Positions 37,325 through 48,395 are shown, counted from the first letter of the stretch. The stretch is 64,000 nt of DNA from Burkholderiaceae bacterium (GCA_947457875.1 CANGWV010000001.1:1770-65769); one strand, 5' to 3'. Notes: generated by a model from the sequence alone, not told the origin. A program made the numbers and translations.

Positions 37325-37459
37325 AATTTTAGCTAAGCCATTTAAACGTTTTCTAATTACAGTCTTTGATTCCAGTTTTTTCTTTTCAGCCCAAAGATAT
37401 TCTGTTCAGTCAAAGACCAATAACGTGACCAGCAATGTCTTGGTCGATGGCTGTAGCGC

Positions 37460-38854
37460 GTGCTAGAGACCAGTACCGTCGTATTTTCTTGCCTGGGGAT
37501 TATTTTATTTTTACTCGGGCAGCAAGCCATTCTCACTGGCTTAATTATTTCTTCCATATTTCAAGCGACTGCCTATATTAATATTGGTAGTAGTCCAATC
37601 ATTTTGTATTATTTTTTTGGGGCGCTATTTGTTCTGAGGGGAGTGGTCGATTTATTTTGGCAGCCCAGCGGATGGAGGGTGCCCAAGCAAAATAATCCCT
37701 TGCTTTATTTGCTGGCCTTCGTGATTGTCGGGTTGCTCGGAGCTTTCATATTGCCGCAAGTTTTTTACGGCACCTTAGTGTATTCCCCTAAGATAAGTAT
37801 TGACGATCAGTTTAACAATATGACTCGTCTTGCTCTAGAGTCGCAACACTTTAATCAGTCGATTCAATTACTGGTCAATGCACTCATTTTGATCATCATT
37901 TGGTTTAGGATCATTTCTCCGCTGACGTTTATCCGCGCCATTTTATTCAGTCTCGTTTTTGCGCTTGCCATAGCACTCTGGCAGGTGGTCTCAAATGCTA
38001 CTCATATTTATTTTCCTAAAGAATTGTTATATACGGTTGAAGGCTGGAGTTTAGGTAACGAACAATTGATCGGTTCTTTTTCTCGCGTCAATAGTACATT
38101 TTTGGAGCCTTCCGTTTTTGCTACCTACCTAACAGGTGTTTTTGCGTTTTTACTGGTTTGGTGGGTAAGGCGTCCGAGTATGGTATTGCTCGGCGGAGTG
38201 ATCCTCACCCTTTTTTCAATGCTCATTACCACTTCCACGACTGCATATGTGGGCATAGTTGGAGTCCTTGCCTGCATTTTGCTCGGGATCGGCTTTTTTC
38301 AAGTGATCAATGGGGGTTGGACCAGCAAGTCGCTATTAATAATTGTTTTTACTACGGTTGCGGTGATTTGGATTGGCCTGATGGTTTTTGTGGGCTCGCC
38401 AGAAGTTCGCGATCTGATCAATGTCGTGTTACTGCAAAAATCAGATGGCGATTCTTTTAGAGTCAGACTGGAATCCGATCTTCAGGGTTTTGAAATTCTA
38501 TGGCACACCTATGGCCTAGGGGTTGGTTTAGGTAGCAATCGACCATCGAGCTTTTTAACTTTTTTACTGAGTAATGTAGGGGTTTTAGGCTTTTTACTGT
38601 TTGTATTGTTTTTAGTTACCCTGACGCGTTTAGCGCTAGACAATATTTCCCGGCTCAATCACCATGGTATGAATGATTGGGCAGTTGCTGGGGTTTGGGG
38701 ATTATGGGCTACTATTATGGCTAAGATCATCGCCCAGCCTGACCTGAGCTTTTCTCCGATGTGGGTTTGGATATTTTTTCTTGCCTGCTTATGCCACGCC
38801 GACACTGGATTGATTCAGCGAAAAAAAGTGTCAAATACTTCCCAAGTCCATTAA
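37460..38854 (+). CDS. Putative polysaccharide polymerase (Wzy-like)
   Basis: About 11 TM segments, RVNSTFLEPS, GVGLGSNRPSS; lies between wzz-like and wzx-like genes. Confidence 0.65.
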   Translation: MLETSTVVFSCLGIILFLLGQQAILTGLIISSIFQATAYINIGSSPIILYYFFGALFVLRGVVDLFWQPSGWRVPKQNNPLLYLLAFVIVGLLGAFILPQVFYGTLVYSPKISIDDQFNNMTRLALESQHFNQSIQLLVNALILIIIWFRIISPLTFIRAILFSLVFALAIALWQVVSNATHIYFPKELLYTVEGWSLGNEQLIGSFSRVNSTFLEPSVFATYLTGVFAFLLVWWVRRPSMVLLGGVILTLFSMLITTSTTAYVGIVGVLACILLGIGFFQVINGGWTSKSLLIIVFTTVAVIWIGLMVFVGSPEVRDLINVVLLQKSDGDSFRVRLESDLQGFEILWHTYGLGVGLGSNRPSSFLTFLLSNVGVLGFLLFVLFLVTLTRLALDNISRLNHHGMNDWAVAGVWGLWATIMAKIIAQPDLSFSPMWVWIFFLACLCHADTGLIQRKKVSNTSQVH

Positions 38855-38899
38855 GTTTTTGTCTTTAATCAAGCCCTATCCCTTAAGCCTCTATTTAAT

Positions 38900-40219
38900 A
38901 TGAGTCATCCACCAAAAAGTATTACGCAACGGATGGCGACTTCCTCGGGTTGGTTGATGCTAGATCGCATCGTGCGGATGGGCCTTGGTTTTGCGGTCAG
39001 TATCTTAATTGCACGCCATTACGGTCCCACGGAGTGGGGCATGCTCAGCTACGTATTGGCATCCGCAACCCTGTTTGGCTCGGTCGCTACTGCGGGCGGT
39101 GAAGATATTATTTTGCGTGATTTGAGCCAAACCAAGTCAGATCAAGCAATGGCTAACATCCAAAAGACGGTGTTTATCCTTCGCATACTCTTTGGGTCGA
39201 TTGCCTATGTGGGGCTGCTTTTAGTCGTTGGCGTAAGTCAGGGCATTGGAGTGTTGTTTTATATGGCATTGATTTACGGAATATTGTTCGTATTTCAGGC
39301 CAGTGAGATTTGGGAGTATCGACTGCGAATCGAGCATCGTATTTATGTGATTGCATACACCCATATTTCAACTTCCCTTGTCTCCACCCTGCTCAAAGTA
39401 TGCTGCGTTTTATTTGGCCTTCCCTTGGTCTGCGTTACAGCAACCATGTCGGGTGAATATGCCGCCAATATGGGAATACTGGCTTCCTATAAGGCGCGCC
39501 ACTGGACTAATTGGGTTGGCCAATTTGATAAGGACTATGCAAAAAAACTCTTAAGTAGGTCTTTGCTCATGATGCTGAGCGGTTTTTTAATCGCTTTTCA
39601 GGTGCGCTGCGAATACTATTTAATTGATTATTATTTAGGAATCGAGTCGCTGGGGATTTATGCAGCAGCCTTTAAATGCATGGAGCTCTTTGACATTATG
39701 GTGGTCATTTTTTCGATGATCTTGGTACCCGAGCTGGCAAAAAAACAGCCCTCTGAGTTTCCAGTATTGGCCAGTCGAATTTATTTGCTCGGCCTACTCT
39801 TCTTTATTGCGATGCTGTTTCCTATCTTGCTCGTGTATTTAATTTTCCCCTGGGTATATGGCGCCCAATACTTAGCAGCCCAAGATCTGTTACTTTGGTT
39901 AAGTTTGAGGCCGCTATTGATATTGATGGGCTCGATTCGGAGCATGTTCTTGGTGATTGAGGGCAGGGTGCGTTATGTACCTATTTGCGCTTTTGTTGGC
40001 TTACTTACTTCATTGGGACTCGGCTGGTTTCTGATTCCAAGCTATGGATTACTTGGCGCAGCCATTTCCGGCTTGGGTAGTTTATTTATCTCCAATTTTG
40101 TGATGGACATTTTTTTTAGGCCGCAAAATATTCGCCACATGGTTGGCGCGGCAGGGCAGTGGCGCTATGTGCGTGATAAAGCGCTGCATCTGCTTGAATT
40201 ACGAAAATCCCGCAACTAA
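38900..40219 (+). CDS. Wzx-like flippase
   Basis: WLMLDRIVRMGLGF..IARHYGP, LGIYAAA, LIPSYGLLGAA; about 12 TM segments. Confidence 0.85.
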   Translation: MSHPPKSITQRMATSSGWLMLDRIVRMGLGFAVSILIARHYGPTEWGMLSYVLASATLFGSVATAGGEDIILRDLSQTKSDQAMANIQKTVFILRILFGSIAYVGLLLVVGVSQGIGVLFYMALIYGILFVFQASEIWEYRLRIEHRIYVIAYTHISTSLVSTLLKVCCVLFGLPLVCVTATMSGEYAANMGILASYKARHWTNWVGQFDKDYAKKLLSRSLLMMLSGFLIAFQVRCEYYLIDYYLGIESLGIYAAAFKCMELFDIMVVIFSMILVPELAKKQPSEFPVLASRIYLLGLLFFIAMLFPILLVYLIFPWVYGAQYLAAQDLLLWLSLRPLLILMGSIRSMFLVIEGRVRYVPICAFVGLLTSLGLGWFLIPSYGLLGAAISGLGSLFISNFVMDIFFRPQNIRHMVGAAGQWRYVRDKALHLLELRKSRN

Positions 40220-40230
40220 AAAAGTGTAAT

Positions 40231-41397
40231 GTGAAACTCATCTTTTCCTTAGACCCCATGCTCGTATCCCTAACGGGCATCGGCCGTTATACCTATGAGC
40301 TTGCCAAAGGCTTTCGCCAGTCCCCTTTATTGGAGCAGGTGAAGTTTCAGTTTTTACTCGGCTGGGTAGATGATCCGCAGACCTTAATTGATAAATACCA
40401 CTCGGTTGATAAAGCGCATGCTGGCGTGCCTGGCAGTCCATTAAGGCAGTGGGCACACGCTAAGGCGCGCTCGGCATTTTGGGCGGTATCGCCCACCATC
40501 AAAGGCATCATCACTGCGCCCTACAAAGACTACATTTACCACTCGCCCAGTTTTGTCTTGCCCCACTTTGCCGGTAAGTGCGTGAGTACCGTGCACGATA
40601 TGTCTGCCTTTCGGGTGCCGCAATACCATCCGGAATTTCGGGTGCGTTACCAAGAAAAGATCTTTCCGCATTTGGTAAAAAAAGGAAATCTCTTTATTAC
40701 CGATTCCGAATTTTCCAAACGCGAATTGCTTGATTTTTTTCCGGCCTGTGAACATCGCGTGGTGAGCGTGGCCTTGGGCGCTGACCCGATGTTTCAAAAG
40801 CGAGACAAAGAGGCGCTGGCATCCGTTCTTGCCGCCTATGGTCTGCAGGTGGGCGCATACACCTTGTCGGTTGGAACGATTGAGCCGCGCAAAAATGTGG
40901 AGCGCTTAATTGATGCCTACGCGAGTTTGCCCCTTGCGCTGCGCCTGCATTTCCCGCTTGTATTGGTGGGCGGTCAAGGCTGGAACAGCGCGCAGATTCA
41001 CCACAAGATTGGGCTCTACAGCGCGCAGGGCTGGCTTAAATACTTAAATTTTGTACCGGACTCGGATTTGCCATTGATTTACTCAGGAGCCAAAGTCTTT
41101 GCGTGTATTTCCCATTACGAGGGCTTTGGTCTGCCGGTGCTCGAGGCGATGGCTTCTGGCGTACCCGTCATTTGTTCCAATGCCGCTTCCTTGCCCGAAG
41201 TTGGCGGCGATGCCGTGCTCTACGTTGATCCCGAGCAGACAGAGGAGGTGCGCGAAGCCTTGGCGCAGCTCATAGTCGATGATGTCAAATGTGCCCACCT
41301 CTCTGCACTGGGGCTCGCGCGCGCGCAGCAGTTTAGTTGGGCCCGCGCGGCCGAGCAGACCATCCAGGCCTATTCCCAGATTGCAGCGGCATCCTGA
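40231..41397 (+). CDS. GT4 glycosyltransferase (WbpY/MtfB-like)
   Basis: TGIGRY, STVHDM, VGTIEPRKN, YEGFGLPVLEAMASG. Confidence 0.9.
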   Translation: MKLIFSLDPMLVSLTGIGRYTYELAKGFRQSPLLEQVKFQFLLGWVDDPQTLIDKYHSVDKAHAGVPGSPLRQWAHAKARSAFWAVSPTIKGIITAPYKDYIYHSPSFVLPHFAGKCVSTVHDMSAFRVPQYHPEFRVRYQEKIFPHLVKKGNLFITDSEFSKRELLDFFPACEHRVVSVALGADPMFQKRDKEALASVLAAYGLQVGAYTLSVGTIEPRKNVERLIDAYASLPLALRLHFPLVLVGGQGWNSAQIHHKIGLYSAQGWLKYLNFVPDSDLPLIYSGAKVFACISHYEGFGLPVLEAMASGVPVICSNAASLPEVGGDAVLYVDPEQTEEVREALAQLIVDDVKCAHLSALGLARAQQFSWARAAEQTIQAYSQIAAAS

Positions 41398-41541
41398 TCT
41401 GCGCTGCTTTGGCTACCATTGGGATATATTGAGGCTTGAACCGTAAAGGCAGTAGGCGCATTGCCCAGTACTAAATACCAGATCCCCTTTGCCCAATACC
41501 CAATATCAACCGCAACCACACGATGGGATGACACCAGCACC

Positions 41542-42705
41542 ATGAGCGCTTCTTTAGTACCCCAGCCCCTGCGCGTTGCCATCGTTCACGATTGGTTAAC
41601 GGTGTATGCCGGCGCCGAGCGTGTGCTCGAGCAAATGTTGCTGTGCTACCCCCAGGCGGATATTTACAGTACGGTGGATTTTGTCCCTCAAAAAGATCGG
41701 GCGTTTTTGGGCGGCAAGCCCGTTCACACTTCATTTATTCAAAATCTGCCATGGGCAAAAACCAAGTACCGTGCGTATTTGCCCCTCATGCCCTTGGCGG
41801 TCGAGCAGTTTGATTTATCGTCCTACGATTTGGTGATCTCCAGCAGCCATGCGGTTGCCAAAGGGGTGATTACCGGGCCGGATCAGTGCCATGTGTGCAT
41901 GTGCTATTCGCCGATGCGCTATGCCTGGGACTTGCAGCACCAATATTTACAGGAGTCTGGATTAACGCGTGGTCCCAAAGCATGGCTTGCCAAATATTTA
42001 CTCCATAAGATGCGGATCTGGGATTTGCGCACAGCAAACGGCGTTGATGAGTTTATTGCGATCTCCCAATTTATTGCCAGAAGAATTCAAAAAGTGTATC
42101 GCCGCGACTCGGTCGTGATCTACCCACCCGTGGACCTGGACGCCTTTACGATCGGCGAAGAAAAGGGCGATTTTTATTTAACCGCTTCGCGCCTTGTGCC
42201 CTACAAAAAAGTGGATTTGATTGTCAAATCCTTTGCCCAGATGCCGGGTAAACGCTTGATTGTGATTGGGGATGGCCCTGATTTTGACAAAATCAAACAG
42301 ATCGCCACGCCCAACGTGACCTTATTGGGCCATCAATCCTTTGATGGCTTACTTTCGCATTTACGCCGGGCTAAGGCCTTTGTTTTTGCTGCCGAAGAGG
42401 ATTTTGGCATTGCCCCACTTGAGGCACAGGCCTGCGGGACCCCCGTGATTGCCTTTGCTAAAGGGGGCGCGCTCGAGACCATTCGGGGTCGGGATGAAGA
42501 TATGGCACGGACAGGCCTCTTTTTCCCAGAGCAAACGGGCGAGGCGATTGTGCAGGCGCTAGGGCGCTTTGAGTCTTTGGGCGCGCCGATTACTGCTGCG
42601 AACTGCCGGGAAAATGCGCTGCACTTTTCAAAAGCGCGTTTTAGGGCCGAATTAACCGAGTGCATGGATGCGGCGCTGGCGCGGCATCGCCAGCTCCTTG
42701 GTTAG
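41542..42705 (+). CDS. GT4 glycosyltransferase (WbaZ-like mannosyltransferase)
   Basis: VAIVHDWL..AGAERV, SSSHAVAKG, SRLVPYKKVD, EEDFGIAPLEAQACG. Confidence 0.9.
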   Translation: MSASLVPQPLRVAIVHDWLTVYAGAERVLEQMLLCYPQADIYSTVDFVPQKDRAFLGGKPVHTSFIQNLPWAKTKYRAYLPLMPLAVEQFDLSSYDLVISSSHAVAKGVITGPDQCHVCMCYSPMRYAWDLQHQYLQESGLTRGPKAWLAKYLLHKMRIWDLRTANGVDEFIAISQFIARRIQKVYRRDSVVIYPPVDLDAFTIGEEKGDFYLTASRLVPYKKVDLIVKSFAQMPGKRLIVIGDGPDFDKIKQIATPNVTLLGHQSFDGLLSHLRRAKAFVFAAEEDFGIAPLEAQACGTPVIAFAKGGALETIRGRDEDMARTGLFFPEQTGEAIVQALGRFESLGAPITAANCRENALHFSKARFRAELTECMDAALARHRQLLG

Positions 42706-42780
42706 GAAAGGCCGAGTTTTTCGTGATGCCCTGCATAAAACAAGGGCAATTTGTGCTGAAAATGGGTTAAAAACGACGAA

Positions 42781-42820
42781 ATAGCATATTTTTGTGATTT
42801 ACATCACAAAAATATGCTAT
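42781..42820. promoter_or_regulatory. CRP-type box (TGTGA-N6-TCACA, 42793-42808) inside a perfect 18-bp inverted repeat upstream of the T1SS operon
   Basis: ATAGCATATTTTTGTGAT-ttac-ATCACAAAAATATGCTAT; overlaps a TGnTATAGT extended -10 candidate at 42815-42823. Confidence 0.8.
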
Positions 42821-42869
42821 AGTCGCCCTCTAAATTCAACTAACTTTTAAGTGGCTTGGGAGTACGACT

Positions 42870-44690
42870 TTGCGCAACCGAATTCGGCAATTAATGCCAA
42901 CCAATGAAATTACTGAGGCATTACTCAAGTTCAAGCAGGTTTTTTACACCATAGCCATTTTTACCGCTTGCATCAATATTTTAATGTTGGTGCCGTCCAT
43001 CTACATGCTCGAAGTCTATGACCGCGTCTTAGTGAGCCGCAATGAAACCACCTTGCATGTCCTAAGTTTCATGACCGTGGGCCTGTTTGCCCTGATGGCC
43101 GTGCTGGAGTACATCCGCAGCATGGTGGTGATTCGCATTGGCGCCAAGATGGACACCTTTTTAAATAATCGGGTTTACACCGCTGCTTTTGAGCAAAACC
43201 TAAGCGGCTCGGGCGTTAATGCCGGCCAAGCCTTAAATGACCTAACGACCATTCGCCAGTTTGTGACCGGTAATGGCATGTTCGCCTTTTTTGATGCCCC
43301 GTGGTTTCCCATCTATTTAATTGTCATTTTTGTCTTTAACTTTTGGATGGGTTTATTTGCGTTCATCAGTGTCGCAATCCTCGTCGCCTTAGCTTGGTTA
43401 AACGAAGTGGTTTCACGCAAACCCTTGGCCGAGGCCAATGGCGTTGCAATCCGCTCAAGCAATATGGCAACGAATAATTTGCGCAATGCCGAAGTGATTG
43501 AGGCCATGGGCATGCTGCCCAATATGCGCGCGCGGTGGTATGACCAGCATGTGAAGTTTCTCAAGCTGCAAGCCGAGGCCAGTCAAAAAGCGTCGCGGGT
43601 GGGCTCGGTCACTAAGTTTGTGCAAATCGCGGTGCAATCATTGATTTTAGGTTTAGGCGCTCTCCTTGTGATCATGGGTCAGGTCACCGCCGGTATGATG
43701 ATCGCTGGTTCGATTTTGCTGGGCCGCGCCTTAGCCCCGGTTCAGCAAGTCATTGCCGTGTGGCGCCAGTGGAATAGTGTGCTCAGCGCCTATCAGCGCT
43801 TACAAAAACTACTAGCAGACAACCCTCCGCGCGAAGCGGGCATGGAGTTGCCCCCACCTGTGGGTAATCTCTCGGTCGAGCAAGTCACTGCAGCGCCGCC
43901 CAATGCAGCCGTTGCGGTTCTCAAGAGTGTCAGTTTTCAAATTCAATCGGGCGATTGCCTGGGAATCATCGGGCCAAGCGGCTCGGGTAAATCAACCTTG
44001 GCCAGACTCTTGGTCGGTGTGTGGCGCGCGGGCGTGGGTAAAGTGCGCCTCGATGGTGCCGATGTCTTTTTGTGGAACAAAGATGAGCTGGGCCCACACA
44101 TGGGTTACCTGCCCCAAGACATTGAGCTTTTTGCGGGAACCATTAGTGAAAACATTGCCCGCTTTGGCAAAGTCGATGCCGAAAAAGTAGTAGCGGCCTC
44201 TAAATTGGCTGGCGTGCACGATATGATTTTGCGCTTGCCAGAAGGCTATGACACCATGATTGGCGATGGTGGCCTTGGCTTATCGGGCGGTGAAAAGCAG
44301 CGCTTAGGGTTAGCGCGCGCTTTGTACGATGAACCTGCGTTGATCGTATTGGATGAGCCCAATTCCAACCTCGATGACATTGGGGAAATTGCGCTCACCC
44401 AGGCAATCATTCGTTTGCGTCAGATGCGCAAAACGGTGGTCTTAATTAGCCACCGCCCAAGCATTATTCGCGAGACCAATAAATTACTCGTACTGCGCGA
44501 AGGCATGGTGTCGGCATTTGGACCAACCGACCAGGTGCTGAAAGACTTGGCGCAATTTAAAGCCCAGCAAGAGTCCCAAGCGGCGGCAAGGGCTAAAGCA
44601 GAAGCCGATGCCCGCGCGCAAGCATCTTCCAATATTGCGTCGGTCACGGATGCGCGCGCTGGGGATGCAGGTAGCGACAAGAATGCTTAA
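42870..44690 (+). CDS. Type I secretion ABC transporter/permease (PrtD/RsaD family)
   Basis: YMLEVYDRV, FFDAPW, GPSGSGKST, YLPQDIELF, LSGGEKQR, LDEPNSNLD. Confidence 0.95.
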   Translation: MRNRIRQLMPTNEITEALLKFKQVFYTIAIFTACINILMLVPSIYMLEVYDRVLVSRNETTLHVLSFMTVGLFALMAVLEYIRSMVVIRIGAKMDTFLNNRVYTAAFEQNLSGSGVNAGQALNDLTTIRQFVTGNGMFAFFDAPWFPIYLIVIFVFNFWMGLFAFISVAILVALAWLNEVVSRKPLAEANGVAIRSSNMATNNLRNAEVIEAMGMLPNMRARWYDQHVKFLKLQAEASQKASRVGSVTKFVQIAVQSLILGLGALLVIMGQVTAGMMIAGSILLGRALAPVQQVIAVWRQWNSVLSAYQRLQKLLADNPPREAGMELPPPVGNLSVEQVTAAPPNAAVAVLKSVSFQIQSGDCLGIIGPSGSGKSTLARLLVGVWRAGVGKVRLDGADVFLWNKDELGPHMGYLPQDIELFAGTISENIARFGKVDAEKVVAASKLAGVHDMILRLPEGYDTMIGDGGLGLSGGEKQRLGLARALYDEPALIVLDEPNSNLDDIGEIALTQAIIRLRQMRKTVVLISHRPSIIRETNKLLVLREGMVSAFGPTDQVLKDLAQFKAQQESQAAARAKAEADARAQASSNIASVTDARAGDAGSDKNA

Positions 44691-44725
44691 AGCCAATAGC
44701 TGGCACAGTTAATTAAGAGAATACG

Positions 44726-45823
44726 ATGTTAAAACTTCCTTACGAAAATTCGAAATCTTGGCTAACCAAGCGCATTGCTGCTTTGCAAGAAGCTAGGGCC
44801 AATGACGACGATTACAAAGAGCACGATGAGACCCACTATTCCCGCCTAGGCTGGATTGTGCTGATCGTTGGATTTGGCGGCTTTATGCTCTGGGCAATGC
44901 TGGCCCCTTTGGATAAAGGCGTGCCTGCGACGGGTACGGTGATTGCCGATGGCCAGCGCAAAACAATTCAGGCGCCATTTAGTGGCGTAGTGGACCAAAT
45001 CTATGTGAAGGATGGCGAGCAGGTCAAGGCCGGTCAAGTCCTGATTAAATACAATAATTTGCAGGCAACTGCCCAAGCCAATGGCGCGCGTCAAGCAGTA
45101 ATGGGGCTAAAAGCCCAAGTGAAGGGCATCGAAGATTCAATCGAAAATAAAAAGCAGCAATTGGTCGCTATGAAAGAGCAGCTAGCCAATGTAGAGCTGC
45201 TAGCGAAAGAGGGTTATGTTGCGCGCAACCGGGTGCTTGAAGTGCAGCGCACCTTTTTTCAGCTAAACGGTTCTTTAGCCGAAGATCAAGGCAACTTAGT
45301 GCGTTACCGTTCGCAATTGGCCGAGCAAGAATCCCGCCTGGCTGCATTTGAGTTTGATTTGGCGAACACCGAAGTCAAATCCCCTGTGGACGGCTCGGTG
45401 TTTAACCAAGAGGTGTTCACGAAGGGCGCGGTGACGCAGATGGGCTCACGGCTATTTGAGATTGAGCCAACCAATGCCGCGCTGATTGTTGAGGCGCAGG
45501 TGCCCGTGCATTTAATTGACAAGGTCTATGTCAATTTGCCCGTGGAGTTGTTGTTCCCGGCCTTTAATCAGCGCAGCACCCCCAATATTCCCGGCGTAGT
45601 AATCGTAGTGCCCAATAACCGGTCGCAAGATCCGCGCACGGGCGAGCCGTTTTTTAAAATTCAAGTCGCGGTAACCGACGAAGGCAAGAGCAAGTTGCGT
45701 GATAACAAAGTACGTCCCGGTATGCCGGCAGAAGTATTTATTATTACGGGCGAGCGCACCATGATGTCCTACTTGCTCAAGCCGATCACCGATCGCCTGC
45801 GCACCGCACTGCATGAGGAGTAG
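44726..45823 (+). CDS. Type I secretion membrane fusion protein (HlyD/PrtE/RsaE family)
   Basis: TM helix followed by WAMLAPLDKGV, VKSPVDG, PGMPAEVFIITGERTMMSYLLKP. Confidence 0.93.
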   Translation: MLKLPYENSKSWLTKRIAALQEARANDDDYKEHDETHYSRLGWIVLIVGFGGFMLWAMLAPLDKGVPATGTVIADGQRKTIQAPFSGVVDQIYVKDGEQVKAGQVLIKYNNLQATAQANGARQAVMGLKAQVKGIEDSIENKKQQLVAMKEQLANVELLAKEGYVARNRVLEVQRTFFQLNGSLAEDQGNLVRYRSQLAEQESRLAAFEFDLANTEVKSPVDGSVFNQEVFTKGAVTQMGSRLFEIEPTNAALIVEAQVPVHLIDKVYVNLPVELLFPAFNQRSTPNIPGVVIVVPNNRSQDPRTGEPFFKIQVAVTDEGKSKLRDNKVRPGMPAEVFIITGERTMMSYLLKPITDRLRTALHEE

Positions 45824-45825
45824 CA

Positions 45826-47196
45826 GTGAAAAAGACGATTATTGCGAGCGCACTTACCCTTTCAGCCATAGTTCCGCATGCCCATGCGCTCGATTTAATG
45901 GGCGCCTATGAGGGTGCCCTAGCGAGTGACCCGACGTTTCGCGCGGCGGTGATGGAAGCAGAAGCGGGGCGGGCCAACATTGAAATCGGCCGCTCCGGCC
46001 TATTGCCGCAATTAAATGCGACCTACTACACGGCGATCAATGAAAGCAAAATTGCGGCTCCGCAATTTGGTAGTGCGGGCGGGCCTACTGTCATCACCAA
46101 TCGATCCTATCCAAGTAACAATTCCTATTTTCAGGTGACGCAAGCCCTCTTTAATATGCAGGCGGTAGCGCAGTTTCGTCAAGGTACTGCCCAAGCGAAT
46201 TTAGCGCAAGCCCGTTTAGCGTACAACACACAAGACCTGCTTATTCGTGTTTTACAAGCGTACACCGATTTGCTGTTTGCACGGGATCAGCATGCGTTTT
46301 ATCTGGCGCAGCGCGATGCCTTTAAAGAGCAGATGCAAGTCAATGTCCGCCGCTTAGAAAAAGGCGAAGGCACCAAAACCGATGTCTTGGAAACGCGAGC
46401 ATCGTACGAGATGGCGGAAGCGCAAGTCATTGAGGCCAGTAGCATCATTGAAAACAATAAGCGCAAGTTAGAGGCAATTGTTGGCGAGCCGCTCAAATCC
46501 GTTAATGATGTGCGTCCCTTGTTAAAGCGTTTTCAAGTCAAGCCGTTAAATCCGAAGGCCTTTGAATTGTGGCGTGAAACGGCATTAGCAAGTAACCCAG
46601 AAATCCTAGCGTCGCAGCACAACGAAGAGGTAGCGCGCCAAGACATGCAAAAAAACGTGGCGGCTAATTTTCCGGTGGTCAATGTCATAGGAACCTGGGG
46701 TCAGCAAAATTCGTATTACATTTCCACCATCAATCAAAATGCAGTGACATCGACTGCTGGTATTCAGGCGACCTGGCCTATTTTTAATGGCGGTCAAACT
46801 ACGGGATTGATTTCGCAATCGCGTGCTAATTTTGAAAAGGCCCAAGCGCAAAGCGCAGAAGCGCGTCTGCGCGTCATCACTGAGCTGCGCAAACAATACG
46901 ATGCCGTGCTCACCAGCGAGCAGAAGGTGGCCGCCTTAAATCGTGCGGTCGAGTCTTCAACTGAACTAACCAAGGCAATGCGTTTGAGCATTAAAGGCGG
47001 GGAGCGAATCAATATGGATGCGCTCTTGGCTGATAAAGGCTTAGCAAATGCGCAGCGCGATTTAGCGCAAGCAAAATACAACTACTTACTGTCCTATCTG
47101 CGCTTAAAGCAACAAGCCGGCAACCTGAGAAGCGAAGACTTGCAAGAGGTTGCACTTTTTTTTGAACGCAATCCAGTGACCACCGCTAAAAACTAA
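45826..47196 (+). CDS. Type I secretion outer-membrane protein (TolC/PrtF/RsaF family)
   Basis: Signal peptide AHA-LDL, GLLPQL, WPIFNGG, GERINMDAL..AKYNYLL. Confidence 0.93.
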   Translation: MKKTIIASALTLSAIVPHAHALDLMGAYEGALASDPTFRAAVMEAEAGRANIEIGRSGLLPQLNATYYTAINESKIAAPQFGSAGGPTVITNRSYPSNNSYFQVTQALFNMQAVAQFRQGTAQANLAQARLAYNTQDLLIRVLQAYTDLLFARDQHAFYLAQRDAFKEQMQVNVRRLEKGEGTKTDVLETRASYEMAEAQVIEASSIIENNKRKLEAIVGEPLKSVNDVRPLLKRFQVKPLNPKAFELWRETALASNPEILASQHNEEVARQDMQKNVAANFPVVNVIGTWGQQNSYYISTINQNAVTSTAGIQATWPIFNGGQTTGLISQSRANFEKAQAQSAEARLRVITELRKQYDAVLTSEQKVAALNRAVESSTELTKAMRLSIKGGERINMDALLADKGLANAQRDLAQAKYNYLLSYLRLKQQAGNLRSEDLQEVALFFERNPVTTAKN

Positions 47197-47342
47197 TTGA
47201 TTCAGTCGGTTTGTTTTTAAGTGCTCAAATCGGTGCGCTCACAACCGACAACCCGAATCAGAATCAGAATGCGTGTCAGCGTCCCTAAATGCGCGGGAGC
47301 ATTGCGCAGACGAATAGCATCAACGATGCAGATGAATTACTG

Positions 47343-48050
47343 CTAATCGATTTTTTGATGGGGCAGGGCATCAAGGCCATCCACTGCCAACTTTTTGAGC
47401 GCTTCACTTTGTTGGATGTGCAATTGGTGACCCGTTTTAGTCAGCACCCCATTTTTAATCAGTAACTGCAGTGCGCGTGAGACGGTTTCACGGCTGGTGT
47501 TGACCATGGAGGCAATGTCTTGTTGGCGCGGCACATGGTGAATTTGGCGCTGCGCAGAAGCGTTGTTCACCAATAAATTGAGCTGCACAAAAATACGATG
47601 AAATGCATTGGGGAGGCTGAGCATCGAGCGCTCTTTGAGTGAATGGCGTACCGATTGTGCAAGCAGTTGCATGACCCGATTGGCAATCAAGGGCTGCGTT
47701 GTTAATAAGCCCTTTGCAAATGCCATCGGCACTAAAAGCAACTGCGAATCTTCTAGCGTCCGCAAGGAGTTGGTGACGGGCTGTCCATCGGCCAAGGTCA
47801 GGCAACCGATAATGTCGCCCGGCACGAGGATGGTGATGCCAATAATGCGGCCATCGTCCGCAATTTCAGTCGACTGAATACGTCCGGAGACAACAAAGGT
47901 TAAAAAACTCACCAATGAGCCCCTGGCTAAAATCTCTTGCCCCTGTTTTGCAGCCCCTAATTGGGTGTTTTGGGCAATTGTTTGCAAATCGGGCTCGGGC
48001 AGCCCCTGAAAGAAGGGAAATTGCTTAATTAGGTCAAGTGCAACGGGCAT
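47343..48050 (-). CDS. CRP/FNR-family transcriptional regulator
   Basis: cNMP-binding-like N-domain; HTH RQQDIASMVNTSRETVSR matches the CRP recognition helix (RE..R). Confidence 0.92.
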   Translation of the reverse strand: MPVALDLIKQFPFFQGLPEPDLQTIAQNTQLGAAKQGQEILARGSLVSFLTFVVSGRIQSTEIADDGRIIGITILVPGDIIGCLTLADGQPVTNSLRTLEDSQLLLVPMAFAKGLLTTQPLIANRVMQLLAQSVRHSLKERSMLSLPNAFHRIFVQLNLLVNNASAQRQIHHVPRQQDIASMVNTSRETVSRALQLLIKNGVLTKTGHQLHIQQSEALKKLAVDGLDALPHQKID

Positions 48051-48395
48051 CTTGCCTCCTTTGTAGGTAAAACCAGGGGACTAAGCCTATAAAGACTGGG
48101 AATTGAGGCAAATAATTGGTCTAAATGGGAGTTAACTTGCCCAGTTTTAGCTAAAAAAACCACTATTACATGGCGCAGAACCGACGCTAGCAGCAAATTG
48201 GGGGCAAAGTGTGACCTAGCCGGATTAAATCCAGGCCTGTAATCTAGTAAAAAACTAGTAAACGAGGCGCCAACCTGCCTCATTTGAGTTAAAATAAACA
48301 CTAGAAATTGCATATTGAATGGGCCTTAAGGGCTAATTTCTTTAAATTGTTGTTTTTTTTCACAGCAGAATCCGAAGTATGCATCCATTTGTATT

